From contig JAXLYB010000002.1 of assembly GCA_046351675.1 (NCBI GenBank), forward strand, positions 1 to 64,000: DNA of 64,000 nt, given 5' to 3'. The notes under the pieces were generated by a model. That model was not told where the DNA came from. It saw only the letters and a list, made by a program, of their open reading frames with translations, and did no database searches. Both the position numbers and the translations under genes were made by a program. Shown here piece after piece: positions 8,847 to 18,190 of this stretch (position 1 is the stretch's first letter; the number at the start of each line of letters is the position of its first letter). The stretch comes from Myxococcaceae bacterium (GTDB lineage Bacteria > Myxococcota > Myxococcia > Myxococcales > Myxococcaceae).

Positions 8847-9253
8847 CGCCAGCTCCAGCCGAGCGACACGAAGGCCCCGCCGCTGGTGGGCGCGAAGCCG
8901 ACCTGCACGGGTGACGCTGGCTGGTACTGCAACACGATGGCCGAGATGATGCCCATCAGCCCGGCGCCGACGCTGAGCATGATGCCGGCCACGCGATCGC
9001 CGCGCGCTTCGAAGAGCATCTTCTCCTGCGCTTCACCCGGGTCGAGCTTGAGCGCGTCTCCGGTGAGCACCGCCGAGGCGACGAGCGACACGATGCCGCC
9101 CGCGAGCAGGCCAGCGCCGACGGTGAGCGGAATCAGCGCGCGCGCGGCGAACGGGCCCGGCGCGCCGGAGTCGGTGGCCGCGGGCGGCGTGTCGGTGGGA
9201 GGTGAAGAAACCGGTGCCGCGAGCAACGCCAACGCCAGGAGTGCGGAGGTCAT
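8843..9253 (-). CDS. Small membrane protein
   Basis: Signal/TM segment and two further hydrophobic helices. Its stop overlaps the start of the downstream gene by 4 nt, indicating an operon. Confidence 0.5.
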   Translation of the reverse strand: MTSALLALALLAAPVSSPPTDTPPAATDSGAPGPFAARALIPLTVGAGLLAGGIVSLVASAVLTGDALKLDPGEAQEKMLFEARGDRVAGIMLSVGAGLMGIISAIVLQYQPASPVQVGFAPTSGGAFVSLGWSWR

Positions 9254-9337
9254 CGGGACGTCGAATGTAGCCCGGCGCGTGCTTCATCGACGCACGAAGC
9301 GCCGAGGTAGCCACGCTCCCGACGGGCGACTAACTCG

Positions 9338-9940
9338 GTGCGCATGCTCGAGGTGAAGCCGCTCACGCCGGCTCGGTGGAAAGACGTGGAGCGCCTCTTC
9401 GGTGAGAAGGGCGCGTGCGCCGGCTGTTGGTGCATGTTCTGGCGGCTCGAGAAGGGCGAGCGCTTCGACGACGTGAAGGGCGCCACGGCGAAGCGCCGCT
9501 TCAAGGCGCTCGTGCAGCGCGGGAAAGTGCAGGGACTGCTCGCGTACCTCGACGGCACGCCCGTCGGCTGGCTCACGCTCGGACCGCGACGCTCGTTCCC
9601 GAAGCTCGACCGCGCTCCCTCGCTGGCGTGCGACGACGCTGACGAGGTGCACAGCGTGCCGTGCTTCTTCATCGCGCCCGAAGCCCGCGGGAAGAAGGTG
9701 GCGACCGCGCTGCTCAACGAGGCGGTGCTGACGTTGAAGAAACAGGGCGCGCGAATTCTCGAGGGCTACCCGGTGAAGCCGCCGCGACCGAACGAGAAGA
9801 TTCCCGCGGCGTTCGCGTACACCGGCACGGTTCCGCTCTTCGAGAAGGCCGGCTTCGTGCCGACGGTGCGCCGGCCCACGGGCAAGCAGCGGGTGCGCCT
9901 CGCGCTCTCGCTCTCGCGCTCGAAGAAGCAGAAGACCTGA
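9338..9940 (+). CDS. GNAT family N-acetyltransferase
   Basis: Acetyl-CoA binding motif region (FIAPEARGKKVATALLNEAVLTLKKQGARIL) and the GNAT fold pattern. Confidence 0.75.
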   Translation: MRMLEVKPLTPARWKDVERLFGEKGACAGCWCMFWRLEKGERFDDVKGATAKRRFKALVQRGKVQGLLAYLDGTPVGWLTLGPRRSFPKLDRAPSLACDDADEVHSVPCFFIAPEARGKKVATALLNEAVLTLKKQGARILEGYPVKPPRPNEKIPAAFAYTGTVPLFEKAGFVPTVRRPTGKQRVRLALSLSRSKKQKT

Positions 9941-10090
9941 CGCTGCGACAGCCGCGCACCACGCCGGGCGCGACGTGGACGTCAGGGATCAGGTGAGGCG
10001 CCGATGTCAGCGGATCAGCTCGCCGGAGGCCCGCTGGTGGTCCGCCCCCTCGGAGCCGGCTGTGCACGGGCGTTGCAGAGCCGCGCGCGC

Positions 10091-10393
10091 ATGATTCCCT
10101 CGCGTGTCGCGCTGTGCCTCTCGTTGCTCGTGCTGAGCGCGGCGTGCGGGCCGCAGAGCGCCGTGGGCCAGCCCTGCCGCATCTCGCCGTTCGTGCTCGA
10201 GAAGCAGCCCTGCCCGTCGGGGTACACGTGCCAGTTCGACTCGAGCTGCGACACTGCGGAATGCCAGGGCACCTGCGTGGTCTCGTGCGCCGCGGCGCCG
10301 TGCGGTGGAGCCTGCCGGTGCACCAGCACGTCGAGCTCGATGAACGCGTGCTTCCCTCCGGCCGATGCGGGGCCGGAGAGCTGCGAGCGGTAG
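10091..10393 (+). CDS. Cys-rich small lipoprotein
   Basis: Lipobox LSAAC. 14 Cys in about 80 mature residues. Confidence 0.5.
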   Translation: MIPSRVALCLSLLVLSAACGPQSAVGQPCRISPFVLEKQPCPSGYTCQFDSSCDTAECQGTCVVSCAAAPCGGACRCTSTSSSMNACFPPADAGPESCER

Positions 10394-10417
10394 TCCGCTG
10401 CCCCTCGCGCTCGCGAA

Positions 10418-11146
10418 ATGACCCAGGAAATCGGGCTCGCGCGACAGGCGGGCATGCACCTCGCCTTGCTGTGCGTGTTCCTGGCCGCCGCCGACGTGTC
10501 CCTCGTCAACGAGCGGCCGTCGATTCATGTCACCGGCTCTGCGCAGGTGGCGGCGGCACCCGACAAGGTCGACGTGTTCGTCTTCGTCTCGACGGAGGAA
10601 TCGACGCCCGAAGCCGCGATGCGCGAAAACGAGAGTCGCATGGCAACGCTGATGAGCGCGACGAAGAGCGCGGCCATCGCGGGGCCTGACGTGCAGCTCA
10701 CGTCGGTCAACATCAGCCAGCGAGAGGAATACGACCAGGGCGGGCGTCGCACCGGCACGAAGTACCTGGTGCGCAAGGACCTCGTGCTGTGTCTGCGCAC
10801 GCCCGCGAAGCTCGACGCGCTGTTGATCGAGCTGGTGAAGGGGAAGGTCAGCGTGAGCCGCATCGACTTCGCGTCGGAAGCGCTCAAGTCAGCCGCCGAG
10901 CAACTGCCGGTGAAGGCGATGGAAGACGCGCGTGCGCGCGCGGTGAAGATGGCCGCGGCGGTGAATGCCGTCGTCGGGCGAGCGCTCCGCGTTCAGACCT
11001 CGCGTGGCGCGCAGGGCAATCGCGGCATGGAGACGTACTCGACGGGCGGCGGCACGTTCCTCGGCGGGGCGAGCACCGGGGCGCTCAGCGCCGCGTGGGA
11101 GGTCGAGGTCGACTTCGAGCTCGTCGACCCGCCGTCGAAGAAGTAG
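10418..11146 (+). CDS. SIMPL/DUF541-like periplasmic protein
   Basis: Signal peptide. Domain organisation and length match SIMPL-domain proteins (26 kDa periplasmic immunogenic protein family). Confidence 0.5.
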   Translation: MTQEIGLARQAGMHLALLCVFLAAADVSLVNERPSIHVTGSAQVAAAPDKVDVFVFVSTEESTPEAAMRENESRMATLMSATKSAAIAGPDVQLTSVNISQREEYDQGGRRTGTKYLVRKDLVLCLRTPAKLDALLIELVKGKVSVSRIDFASEALKSAAEQLPVKAMEDARARAVKMAAAVNAVVGRALRVQTSRGAQGNRGMETYSTGGGTFLGGASTGALSAAWEVEVDFELVDPPSKK

Positions 11147-11158
11147 CCGCGACTCGGC

Positions 11159-14158
11159 TCAGTTCACCGGCGGCAACCACGCGCACGACCAATCGAGCTG
11201 ACACGCATCGAAGTCGAGCTCCTGCCCGTTGGTGTGCAGGTAGCGGATCATCTGGTTGATCAGCAGCGAGCCGAGGTCGAACGGCTTCTCCGGCTTGGGC
11301 TGCGGAAACCCGTGCACACCGAGCGGATCCATCATCGGGAAGAACTGCGCGCTGATGCCCCCGCCCTGCGCCGCCGAGTTGTGCCGCAGGTTGCGGAACG
11401 CCGGCATCAACCGCGGCACGTCGAAGCCATCACCCGCGTGCCCCGCGCCGAGCGACACGTCCTGGAACGAGTCGATGTCCATCAGCACGTCCTTGCCCAT
11501 CGAGTCCTTCCACCGACCCGAGCTCTCCGCGCCCTCGACGGTGCCGGTGTCGAGCAGCACCTGCTGCTGCGTCTTCCCCCAGCGCGGGTCGACGTTCTTG
11601 AAGTCGATGAGCCCCGCCGCGCGCGCCATCGCCACGCCCGACGCGGTGGGCACGCCCGGGTCACCCATGGTGTTGATGTAGAAGACGCGCGTCTGCACGG
11701 TCTCGCCGGTGCCGTAGGTGAGCGTGCGGTCTCCGTGGAGGAACGGCGCCGTGTTCGCCGGATCCGCGCCCTCGAGCGCGACCTGCGCCAACCCCAACAT
11801 CCGCCGCAGCTCCGGGTTCGCGCGCCGCAGCCCGAAGCCGTCGGTCACCGCGACGAACGGCTCGCCCGCCGCGTACGTCTTCTGCTGGAACTTGGACGCC
11901 GCGTCGAACGCCGCCACCGTCTCGGTCGGAGCGCCCGTCGGCTCACAGCCCTCGCGCTCCCGCGTCGGCAGCTCGCCCGCGTAGAACGACAGCTCGAGCC
12001 CATCGCCCTGGTCGCTCGGCACCGCGACGCGCAGCTTGCCGTCGGGCTGCACGCGCCCGCACCGCCACTCCCCGCTCTTCAGGTTGCGCAGCACCGCGAG
12101 GCTGCCGGGCGCCGGAGAGGTCTTCAGCGCCGCGACGCGCACTTCCTTCCCCTCGACGAGGTCGGGCACGTACTCGAACACCGCGCCGTCGTGCACGAGC
12201 ACCAGCGGCGCCATCATGCGCAGCACCATCGCGTCGCGCACGCCACCGAGCGAGCTGCGCACGCCGATCTCCGCGAGCGTGCCGCCACCGATGATGGGAA
12301 TCGCCGTCTCGACGTTCGGCTCGAGGCCACCGACGTAGCTGCTGATGATGCCGCCCAGCGAGCCGCCGACGAGGTGCACGCTCGCGCTGCCGCCCACGTC
12401 GACCACGCCGTCACCATCGAAGTCACCCGCGAGGTCGGGCTTGCCGTCGCCGTTCGCGTCGTACTTCCACGTGCGCTGGCCATCGAAGCCCTTGAGCACG
12501 CGAATCACCTGGAAGAGGTCCACCGCGGTCTGCCGCACCACGTCGCGCGTGTGGAAGAGGTACGCGGTCCAGTAGTCGACGCCGCTGTCGAGCTTGCCGT
12601 CGCCGTTCTGGTCGAGCGCGCGCCCCTCGACGATGCCCTGCCCCATGCCCTCGAGGCCGCGCTGCTTGAACTGCCCCTTCACCAGCTCGAGCGTGATGGG
12701 GTCGACGTCGACGCCGTGGCTGACCGCGTCGATGCCCAGCGTGGCGATGCCCATGCGCGCGAGGAAACCGGCGACGTTCATCGCGTCGAACTTCGTCGAG
12801 CCGTGGCCGTGCACGAAGATGGCGACCGGCGCCGGCTTGCCGCCGCGGTTCTTCGGCACCATCAGCCAGTAGTTCACGCCCTCGTGGCGCACGAACGCCT
12901 CACCCGTCTCGGCGTTCAACTTCCACACCTGGTCGGTGAGCGGCAGCTGCGTCTTCCCGTCTTCGGCGTAGCGCGGGAAGAACTGCGGCGAGTCGATGGC
13001 GCCCAGCGCGTGGAAGTCGATGAACGCGAAGTTGTCGAAGAAGAGGTTCTCCTGCGCGGTGGAGTTGCCGCTGCCGAACTGCGTGTAGAGCGTCTTCGCC
13101 ATGTCGAGGAAGAGCGCGCCCGGGACGATCTTCGAATTGATGCCCGGCCCCTTCGTGCGCACGTCGCGCATCGTGAAGTCCGCGGGGAACTCGGTCGCCA
13201 GCCGCGCCAGCGGACCCATGCCGTAGAGACCGTCACGCGCCGCGACGAGCGGCTTGGTCCACCGCTGGGTCGTGAAGGTCCACGCGAAGGCCACGTCGTC
13301 GACCGAGCGGCCGAGCTGCGAGAGGCACTGATCAGCCAACGGCCGCAGCGCCGGAGTCTGCGCCGCGTGGTTCACGTCGCTGAAGGGCGAGCGCACCGGT
13401 TCCCCGTTCACGTCGGTCAGCGCCTTCGTCAGCACCACCGCGTAGGTGGTCGCCTCGCGCAGCGGCATCACCGGCCGCGCGATGAGGGTGTGCGTCTGCC
13501 GCTCGTAGAAGGTGATCAGCTCGCCGTTGCTGCGCGTGTTCGGGTGGTCGAGCACGCCGTCCATGTCGGTGTCTTCGCCGGGGTCGAGCGTGCCGTTGCC
13601 GTTGAGGTCTTCCTCGGTCTCTTCGAAGAGGAGGTTGGTCAGCTTCCCGCGCGGATCAGCCGCGTAGTAGTCGGGCCGATCGAGGCGCGCGGGGAAGAGA
13701 CCGTCGCCCAGGTCGAGCGGCATCGCCTGGCAGAAGTCGGGCGAGCCCTTCGTGACGTCGACGAGGAGCACCGTGTCGTCGCTCTGGTCGTAGCGGTCAC
13801 CGCGGTGGCGGCGAATCACGTTCTCGACGTCGAGCTCGGCGTCGAAGGAAACCGTGATGGGCGCGAGCGTGCCCCAGCCGTCGAGGGCATCGAGCTCCTG
13901 CCGCGTCTTCTGTTCCCACACCGTGGGCGCCACCATGCTCGCGTTGAGCCGGCGCTGCGTGCTGCTCGTCGCGTCGAAGCGCGTCGCGAAGTCGTTGGGC
14001 AGCGGAATCTCGGGCAGCGGCCGGTGGTACACGTCGAACTTCACGCGCGCGCCCGTGCCCGCGGGGGTCGGCGCCAGCCCGCTGCTCGCGCTCGGAGTGC
14101 AGTGCAGCGCAGGGACGGCGACGGCCAGGAGAACCAGATGCCTGAAAATGTTTCTCAC
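11159..14158 (-). CDS. Large secreted lipase-like alpha/beta hydrolase lipoprotein with Ca-binding Asp-rich loops
   Basis: GTG start gives the signal/lipobox MRNIFRHLVLLAVAVPALHC. GGSLGG (GxSxG) nucleophile elbow. DxDxDG-like loops (NGNGTLDPGEDTDMDGVLD, DANGDGKPDLAGDFDGDGVVD). The 995-aa ORF on the plus strand is antisense. Confidence 0.7.
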   Translation of the reverse strand: MRNIFRHLVLLAVAVPALHCTPSASSGLAPTPAGTGARVKFDVYHRPLPEIPLPNDFATRFDATSSTQRRLNASMVAPTVWEQKTRQELDALDGWGTLAPITVSFDAELDVENVIRRHRGDRYDQSDDTVLLVDVTKGSPDFCQAMPLDLGDGLFPARLDRPDYYAADPRGKLTNLLFEETEEDLNGNGTLDPGEDTDMDGVLDHPNTRSNGELITFYERQTHTLIARPVMPLREATTYAVVLTKALTDVNGEPVRSPFSDVNHAAQTPALRPLADQCLSQLGRSVDDVAFAWTFTTQRWTKPLVAARDGLYGMGPLARLATEFPADFTMRDVRTKGPGINSKIVPGALFLDMAKTLYTQFGSGNSTAQENLFFDNFAFIDFHALGAIDSPQFFPRYAEDGKTQLPLTDQVWKLNAETGEAFVRHEGVNYWLMVPKNRGGKPAPVAIFVHGHGSTKFDAMNVAGFLARMGIATLGIDAVSHGVDVDPITLELVKGQFKQRGLEGMGQGIVEGRALDQNGDGKLDSGVDYWTAYLFHTRDVVRQTAVDLFQVIRVLKGFDGQRTWKYDANGDGKPDLAGDFDGDGVVDVGGSASVHLVGGSLGGIISSYVGGLEPNVETAIPIIGGGTLAEIGVRSSLGGVRDAMVLRMMAPLVLVHDGAVFEYVPDLVEGKEVRVAALKTSPAPGSLAVLRNLKSGEWRCGRVQPDGKLRVAVPSDQGDGLELSFYAGELPTREREGCEPTGAPTETVAAFDAASKFQQKTYAAGEPFVAVTDGFGLRRANPELRRMLGLAQVALEGADPANTAPFLHGDRTLTYGTGETVQTRVFYINTMGDPGVPTASGVAMARAAGLIDFKNVDPRWGKTQQQVLLDTGTVEGAESSGRWKDSMGKDVLMDIDSFQDVSLGAGHAGDGFDVPRLMPAFRNLRHNSAAQGGGISAQFFPMMDPLGVHGFPQPKPEKPFDLGSLLINQMIRYLHTNGQELDFDACQLDWSCAWLPPVN

Positions 14159-14303
14159 GGGCGCCTCATTGGCATGGCCCCGCGGGTGAGCGCAACGAGT
14201 GCGCTTTGGATTCCCTTTTGAAAGCCGTCGCGCGCTGACTACGAAGTCACCCCGGGCCGCGACTCCCGCGCCCTCATTCCCACTCACAGCAAGGACACCC
14301 CGC

Positions 14304-14876
14304 ATGCGCTTCGCTCTTCGGCACTACCTCGTCGCTGTCGCCATCGCCGCCTTCGCCACCAGCTGTGGCCCGCCGTGGAAGGTCATCAAGGCGTCTGGCC
14401 CGCCGTCGGCGCTCGAGGGGAAGACCGACGTGGGCGTGGCGTTCGACTACTCGGAGCTGGTCGTCGACGGGAAGCCGCTCTCGCAGTGGATGGAGCTGAA
14501 GACCAAGGAAGACCCCAAGTACCCGGAGACCTGGGCGAACCTGATGGGCAAGTTCGAGACGGGCGTGATGAGCACGTTCAGCTCGGGCTTCGCGGGCGCG
14601 CACCTCGCGACCCAGTCGCCGGGCGCGGCGCAGGTCATCGTGTCGGTGAAGACCTTCCAGATGGGCAAGTACATCGTGATTGGGCAGATCCCCACGGTGA
14701 TGAACGTGCACATCCAGGGCAAGGTCGGCGAGGCCGTGACCGATGAGATCATGATCACCCGCAGCTTCCCCGCGTCGGTGGTGCAGCCGTCGGTGTTCAA
14801 CCACGTGCCGCACGTCGGTGAGCAGGTCGGCAACGTCGCCGCGCAGTTCATGAACGCGGCGCAGCCCAAGAAGTAA
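14304..14876 (+). CDS. Hypothetical lipoprotein
   Basis: Lipobox (IAAFATSC). Divergent from the lipase-like gene. Confidence 0.55.
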   Translation: MRFALRHYLVAVAIAAFATSCGPPWKVIKASGPPSALEGKTDVGVAFDYSELVVDGKPLSQWMELKTKEDPKYPETWANLMGKFETGVMSTFSSGFAGAHLATQSPGAAQVIVSVKTFQMGKYIVIGQIPTVMNVHIQGKVGEAVTDEIMITRSFPASVVQPSVFNHVPHVGEQVGNVAAQFMNAAQPKK

Positions 14877-14882
14877 CAAGAC

Positions 14883-14920
14883 TCCCTCTCCTCTTCCGAG
14901 GAGAGGGTCGGGGTGAGGAG
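14883..14920. repeat. REP-like palindromic element
   Basis: ccctctcctcttccgaggagagggtcggggtgaggaga. Confidence 0.7.
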
Positions 14921-14948
14921 AGAACCCTCGCAGCGCAGTCGGTCGTCT

Positions 14949-14986
14949 TCCCCTCACCCCAACCCTCTCCCCCTCGGGGGAGAGGG
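14949..14986. repeat. REP-like palindromic element (inverted partner). It supplies the Shine-Dalgarno sequence for the histidine kinase at 15002.
   Basis: cccctcaccccaaccctctccccctcgggggagaggg. Confidence 0.7.
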
Positions 14987-15001
14987 AGCTCGTTCTCCGA
15001 G

Positions 15002-16603
15002 ATGACCGAGGGCCCTCCTCAACTCCGCCGCAGCGCCGCGCTCACCACGGTGCGCTCGGTGCTCGGCGCGTTGATCCTCGTCGCGCTCTTCGGTTCGATC
15101 GCCGCGGTCGTCAGCTACCGCGCAGACGTCACCGAGGCCCGCCGCCAGGTGCAGGCCCGGGTCGCGCAGCAGGGCCGGCTCTACGCTGACTCCCTCGCGC
15201 TCCACTTCGACGTGCTCGAGGCCGAGCTGCAGCGCCTGGCCGATCGCGGCTTCCAGGCACTCGCCGGCCATGACGAGACCGTGCTCACCACCATTCGCGA
15301 CGACCGCGCGCTCTTCACCGAGGGCGTGGCGTTGCTCGACCTGCACGGCGCGGTGGTGTGGTCCGAGCCCGCGCTCGCGTTCCCCGCCGACGTGCAGCTG
15401 CAGCCCTGGTTCCAGCACGTGCTGGGCCTCGAGAAGTCGACCGTCGACGAGCTGAAGCTGGCCGGCCAGGGCGAAGACAGCTCGCGGCTGGCGGTCGCGT
15501 TGCCCGTGCTCGAAGACGGCAAGCTCGCCGGGCTGCTGGTGGGCGTGGTCGGCTCGAACGACCGCCTCCTCTACGGCGTCGCCGGGCCCGGCGAGCAGCT
15601 GCTGCTCTTGAGCTCGCGCGGTGAGGTCATCTTGCCGGTGCAGGCGCCCGCGTGGTCGAGCAGCACCGAGTTCCAGGTGCGCTTCTCGGCGCTCAAGCAG
15701 CAGCACGACGAGCCGACGATGTGGGACCTCCAGGGCCAGGAGCTCATCGCCGAGGCCTTCGGCGTGAAGGAGACCTCGCTGCAGGTGCTCGCCGTCGAAG
15801 ACTCCGACGTCACCACCGCGCCGATCCGGCGGCGGCTCAACTTCCAGCTCTTCTTCCTGCTCGTGGTGCAGCTCGCCGCGCTCGGCGCGTTCGTGCTCTT
15901 CCTGCGGCGCACGTGGCGCGCCTTCCTCGAAGCCGAGGAGCGCTTCGCCCAGCGCGAGAAGATGGCCGCGCTCGGTGACGCCGCGTCGCTCATCGCGCAC
16001 GAGGTGAAGAACTCGCTCAACGGCTTGAGCGCGGCGACCAGCTTGCTCGAGCGCGGAGGAGATGCCGCGCTGGTCTCGCGCACCGTCACCGGCCAGGTCG
16101 AGCGGCTGGGCCACCTCGCCCGCTCGCTCTTGAGCTTCTCGCGGCCGACCGAGACGCGGCGCGTGAGCGTGCAGCTCGACGCGCTCACCCGCGACACCGT
16201 CAACGCGCTCCACGCGCTGCCCGAGTGGCCGGAGGCGAAGGTCGAGCTCGCGCTCGAGCCCGTGCAGGTGGACAGCGACCCGTTGTTGCTCACCACCGCC
16301 ATCGACAACCTCGTGCGCAACGCCATCGAGGCCGCGGTGCTCGCGAAGGACGTGGGCCAGGTCGCCACGCCGCAGGTGCGCGTCATCGTGAAGCGCGAGG
16401 GAGAGCGCGCCGTGGTGCAGGTCGAAGACAACGCGCGCGCGCCCGCCGAGCTGGAGCAGCGCCTCGGGCAGCCGTTCTTCACCACCAAGCCGCGCGGCAT
16501 CGGGCTCGGGCTGGCGATGACGCAGAAGGCGATGGAAGAGCTGGGCGGCACGCTGCGCTTCGAGCGGCTCGAGGGCGGCAGCCGGTTTCAGCTCACCCTG
16601 TAG
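15002..16603 (+). CDS. Sensor histidine kinase (membrane, HisKA + HATPase_c)
   Basis: Two TM segments flank a periplasmic domain. H-box: FAQREKMAALGDAASLIAHEVKNSLNGL. G-boxes: TTKPRGIGLGLAMTQKAMEELGGTL. A REP element just upstream supplies the Shine-Dalgarno sequence. Confidence 0.85.
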   Translation: MTEGPPQLRRSAALTTVRSVLGALILVALFGSIAAVVSYRADVTEARRQVQARVAQQGRLYADSLALHFDVLEAELQRLADRGFQALAGHDETVLTTIRDDRALFTEGVALLDLHGAVVWSEPALAFPADVQLQPWFQHVLGLEKSTVDELKLAGQGEDSSRLAVALPVLEDGKLAGLLVGVVGSNDRLLYGVAGPGEQLLLLSSRGEVILPVQAPAWSSSTEFQVRFSALKQQHDEPTMWDLQGQELIAEAFGVKETSLQVLAVEDSDVTTAPIRRRLNFQLFFLLVVQLAALGAFVLFLRRTWRAFLEAEERFAQREKMAALGDAASLIAHEVKNSLNGLSAATSLLERGGDAALVSRTVTGQVERLGHLARSLLSFSRPTETRRVSVQLDALTRDTVNALHALPEWPEAKVELALEPVQVDSDPLLLTTAIDNLVRNAIEAAVLAKDVGQVATPQVRVIVKREGERAVVQVEDNARAPAELEQRLGQPFFTTKPRGIGLGLAMTQKAMEELGGTLRFERLEGGSRFQLTL

Positions 16604-16613
16604 ACCCTCAGCT

Positions 16614-16652
16614 CCCTCTCCCCCTGAAGGGGAGAGGGTTGGGGTGAGGGGA
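16614..16652. repeat. REP-like palindromic element
   Basis: ccctctcccctgaaggggagagggttggggtgagggga. It lies immediately after the histidine kinase stop. Confidence 0.7.
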
Positions 16653-16658
16653 GACGCT

Positions 16659-17201
16659 TCAGAACGTCCCCGTCAGCGCAATCGCCGGCGCATTCCCCCT
16701 CATCATCATCGGCATCACCGTCACGCGCGGCTTCTCGGCATCGACCGTCGTGTTGCGCTGCAGCCACTGCGCGGGCTTCGACGCGCCGACGATCGCCGTC
16801 ACCACACCACCCACCTGCACCGCGGTCTCGCTGACCATCAACATCGTGAACCAGAACGCCGCGAAGCCGCGCCAGAACTGCTGGTCGCCCAGGAAGCTCG
16901 ACCATTCCGACGGCTGGCTCGCCCAGTTCCACGCGTTCACCATCGCGATGAGCGGACCCGCCACCGGCACCAGCAGCGTCAGGTCCTGCGTCGGCAGCGC
17001 CCAGAGCGCGGTGGTGGCGTAACCCGCGGCGAAGGCACCGAGGCCGGCGCCGATGACCGCCCAGCGCGGCTGCTCGACGAGGTGGTACCCCTCGGGGACG
17101 AAGCCGTCGCGCGAGACCTTGAGGCGCTCGGGCACGGGGGCTTCGACCATCGGCGGAGGGGTCTGCGCAACGGAGAGCGTGACGAGGAGCGAGAGGAGCA
17201 T
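16659..17201 (-). CDS. Hypothetical membrane/secreted protein
   Basis: Signal-like N-terminus (MLLSLLVTLSVAQ) and several hydrophobic helices. Start taken at the internal Met of ORF 16659..17363. Confidence 0.45.
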   Translation of the reverse strand: MLLSLLVTLSVAQTPPPMVEAPVPERLKVSRDGFVPEGYHLVEQPRWAVIGAGLGAFAAGYATTALWALPTQDLTLLVPVAGPLIAMVNAWNWASQPSEWSSFLGDQQFWRGFAAFWFTMLMVSETAVQVGGVVTAIVGASKPAQWLQRNTTVDAEKPRVTVMPMMMRGNAPAIALTGTF

Positions 17202-17368
17202 GCCGCGAAGGTGTGCAAGCCGGTCGCCTTCGGGGATTAGCGGGGTTGCGCGCCGAGACTGCGCAGTCGGCTGCACACCGTGTGCGTCCCGTTTCAGGGC
17301 TTTCGAGGGCTTTCCGAGGGCCTCGTTCGAGGCGGATCCACCTCGCGCCCGGCAGCAACCCACCGGCC

Positions 17369-18190
17369 ATGAAGCTGACCCTCTTCGCAGCGTGGGCGGG
17401 GCTGACGTTCGGCGCGCCCTTCGCGGTGCTGGCGCTGCACGGTGCGGGGCTGCCGCTCTCCGCCGGCGTGCTCGCGATGACCGCCCTCGCCACGCTCGCC
17501 GTCACCGTCGCCGAACACGTCGCGCCGTTCGAGCCGAAGTGGAGCGTGGACCACGGAGACGCCCGCGTCGACCGGCTCCACGCGCTCGGTTCGATGGCCG
17601 TCGTCGCGGCGCTCGTGCCCCTCGTCGCGCGCGTGCCGAGCCTCGGGTGGTGGCCGACGCGCTGGCCCTTCGTCGCGCAGCTCGCCGCCGCGCTGCTGCT
17701 CGCCGAGCTCGGCGCGTACTGGGCGCACCGGCTGATGCACACCACGCAGCTGCTCTGGCGCGTCCACCTCGTGCACCACAGCGCGCGGCGGCTCCATGCG
17801 CTCAACGCGTCCCGCAACCACCCGCTCGACACCGCGCTCGGGTTCCTCGCCGCCGCCGTGCCGTTGGTCGCGCTGGGAGCGCCGGCGGAGGTCCTCGCCG
17901 CGACCGGCGCGCTCGCCGCGGTGCACCTCCAGTTCCAGCACCTCAACGCCACGCTCGAGCTGGGGCCGCTCAACCTGCTCTTCGCTGGCCCGGAGCCGCA
18001 CCGCTGGCACCACTCGCGCGTCGAGGCCGAGGCGAACGGCAACTACGGCCACGTGCTCAGCCTGTGGGACGGCGTGTTCGGCACGCGCGTCGCGCCTCCG
18101 GGCCGGCCGCCGGTCGACGTGGGGGTCTTCTCTCCTCGTGACGAGGTGCCCGAGCAGCTCGGCGTGCAGCTCCTGGTGCCCTTCCGATGA
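17369..18190 (+). CDS. Fatty acid hydroxylase / sterol desaturase superfamily membrane enzyme
   Basis: Three His boxes (HRLMH, HLVHH, HRWHH) and multiple TM helices. Confidence 0.75.
   Translation: MKLTLFAAWAGLTFGAPFAVLALHGAGLPLSAGVLAMTALATLAVTVAEHVAPFEPKWSVDHGDARVDRLHALGSMAVVAALVPLVARVPSLGWWPTRWPFVAQLAAALLLAELGAYWAHRLMHTTQLLWRVHLVHHSARRLHALNASRNHPLDTALGFLAAAVPLVALGAPAEVLAATGALAAVHLQFQHLNATLELGPLNLLFAGPEPHRWHHSRVEAEANGNYGHVLSLWDGVFGTRVAPPGRPPVDVGVFSPRDEVPEQLGVQLLVPFR

Noticed and set aside
11234-14221. 995-aa ORF on the plus strand
   Set aside because: It is an Arg/His-rich, low-complexity product antisense to the well-supported lipase-like gene on the minus strand.
14954-18141. Several 250-480-aa ORFs antisense to the histidine kinase and fatty-acid hydroxylase genes (14954..16213, 15571..16551, 16588..18042, 17053..18141, 17294..18052)
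   Set aside because: They are Arg/Ala/Gly-rich with no domain signatures, and they overlap genes that have clear motifs on the other strand.
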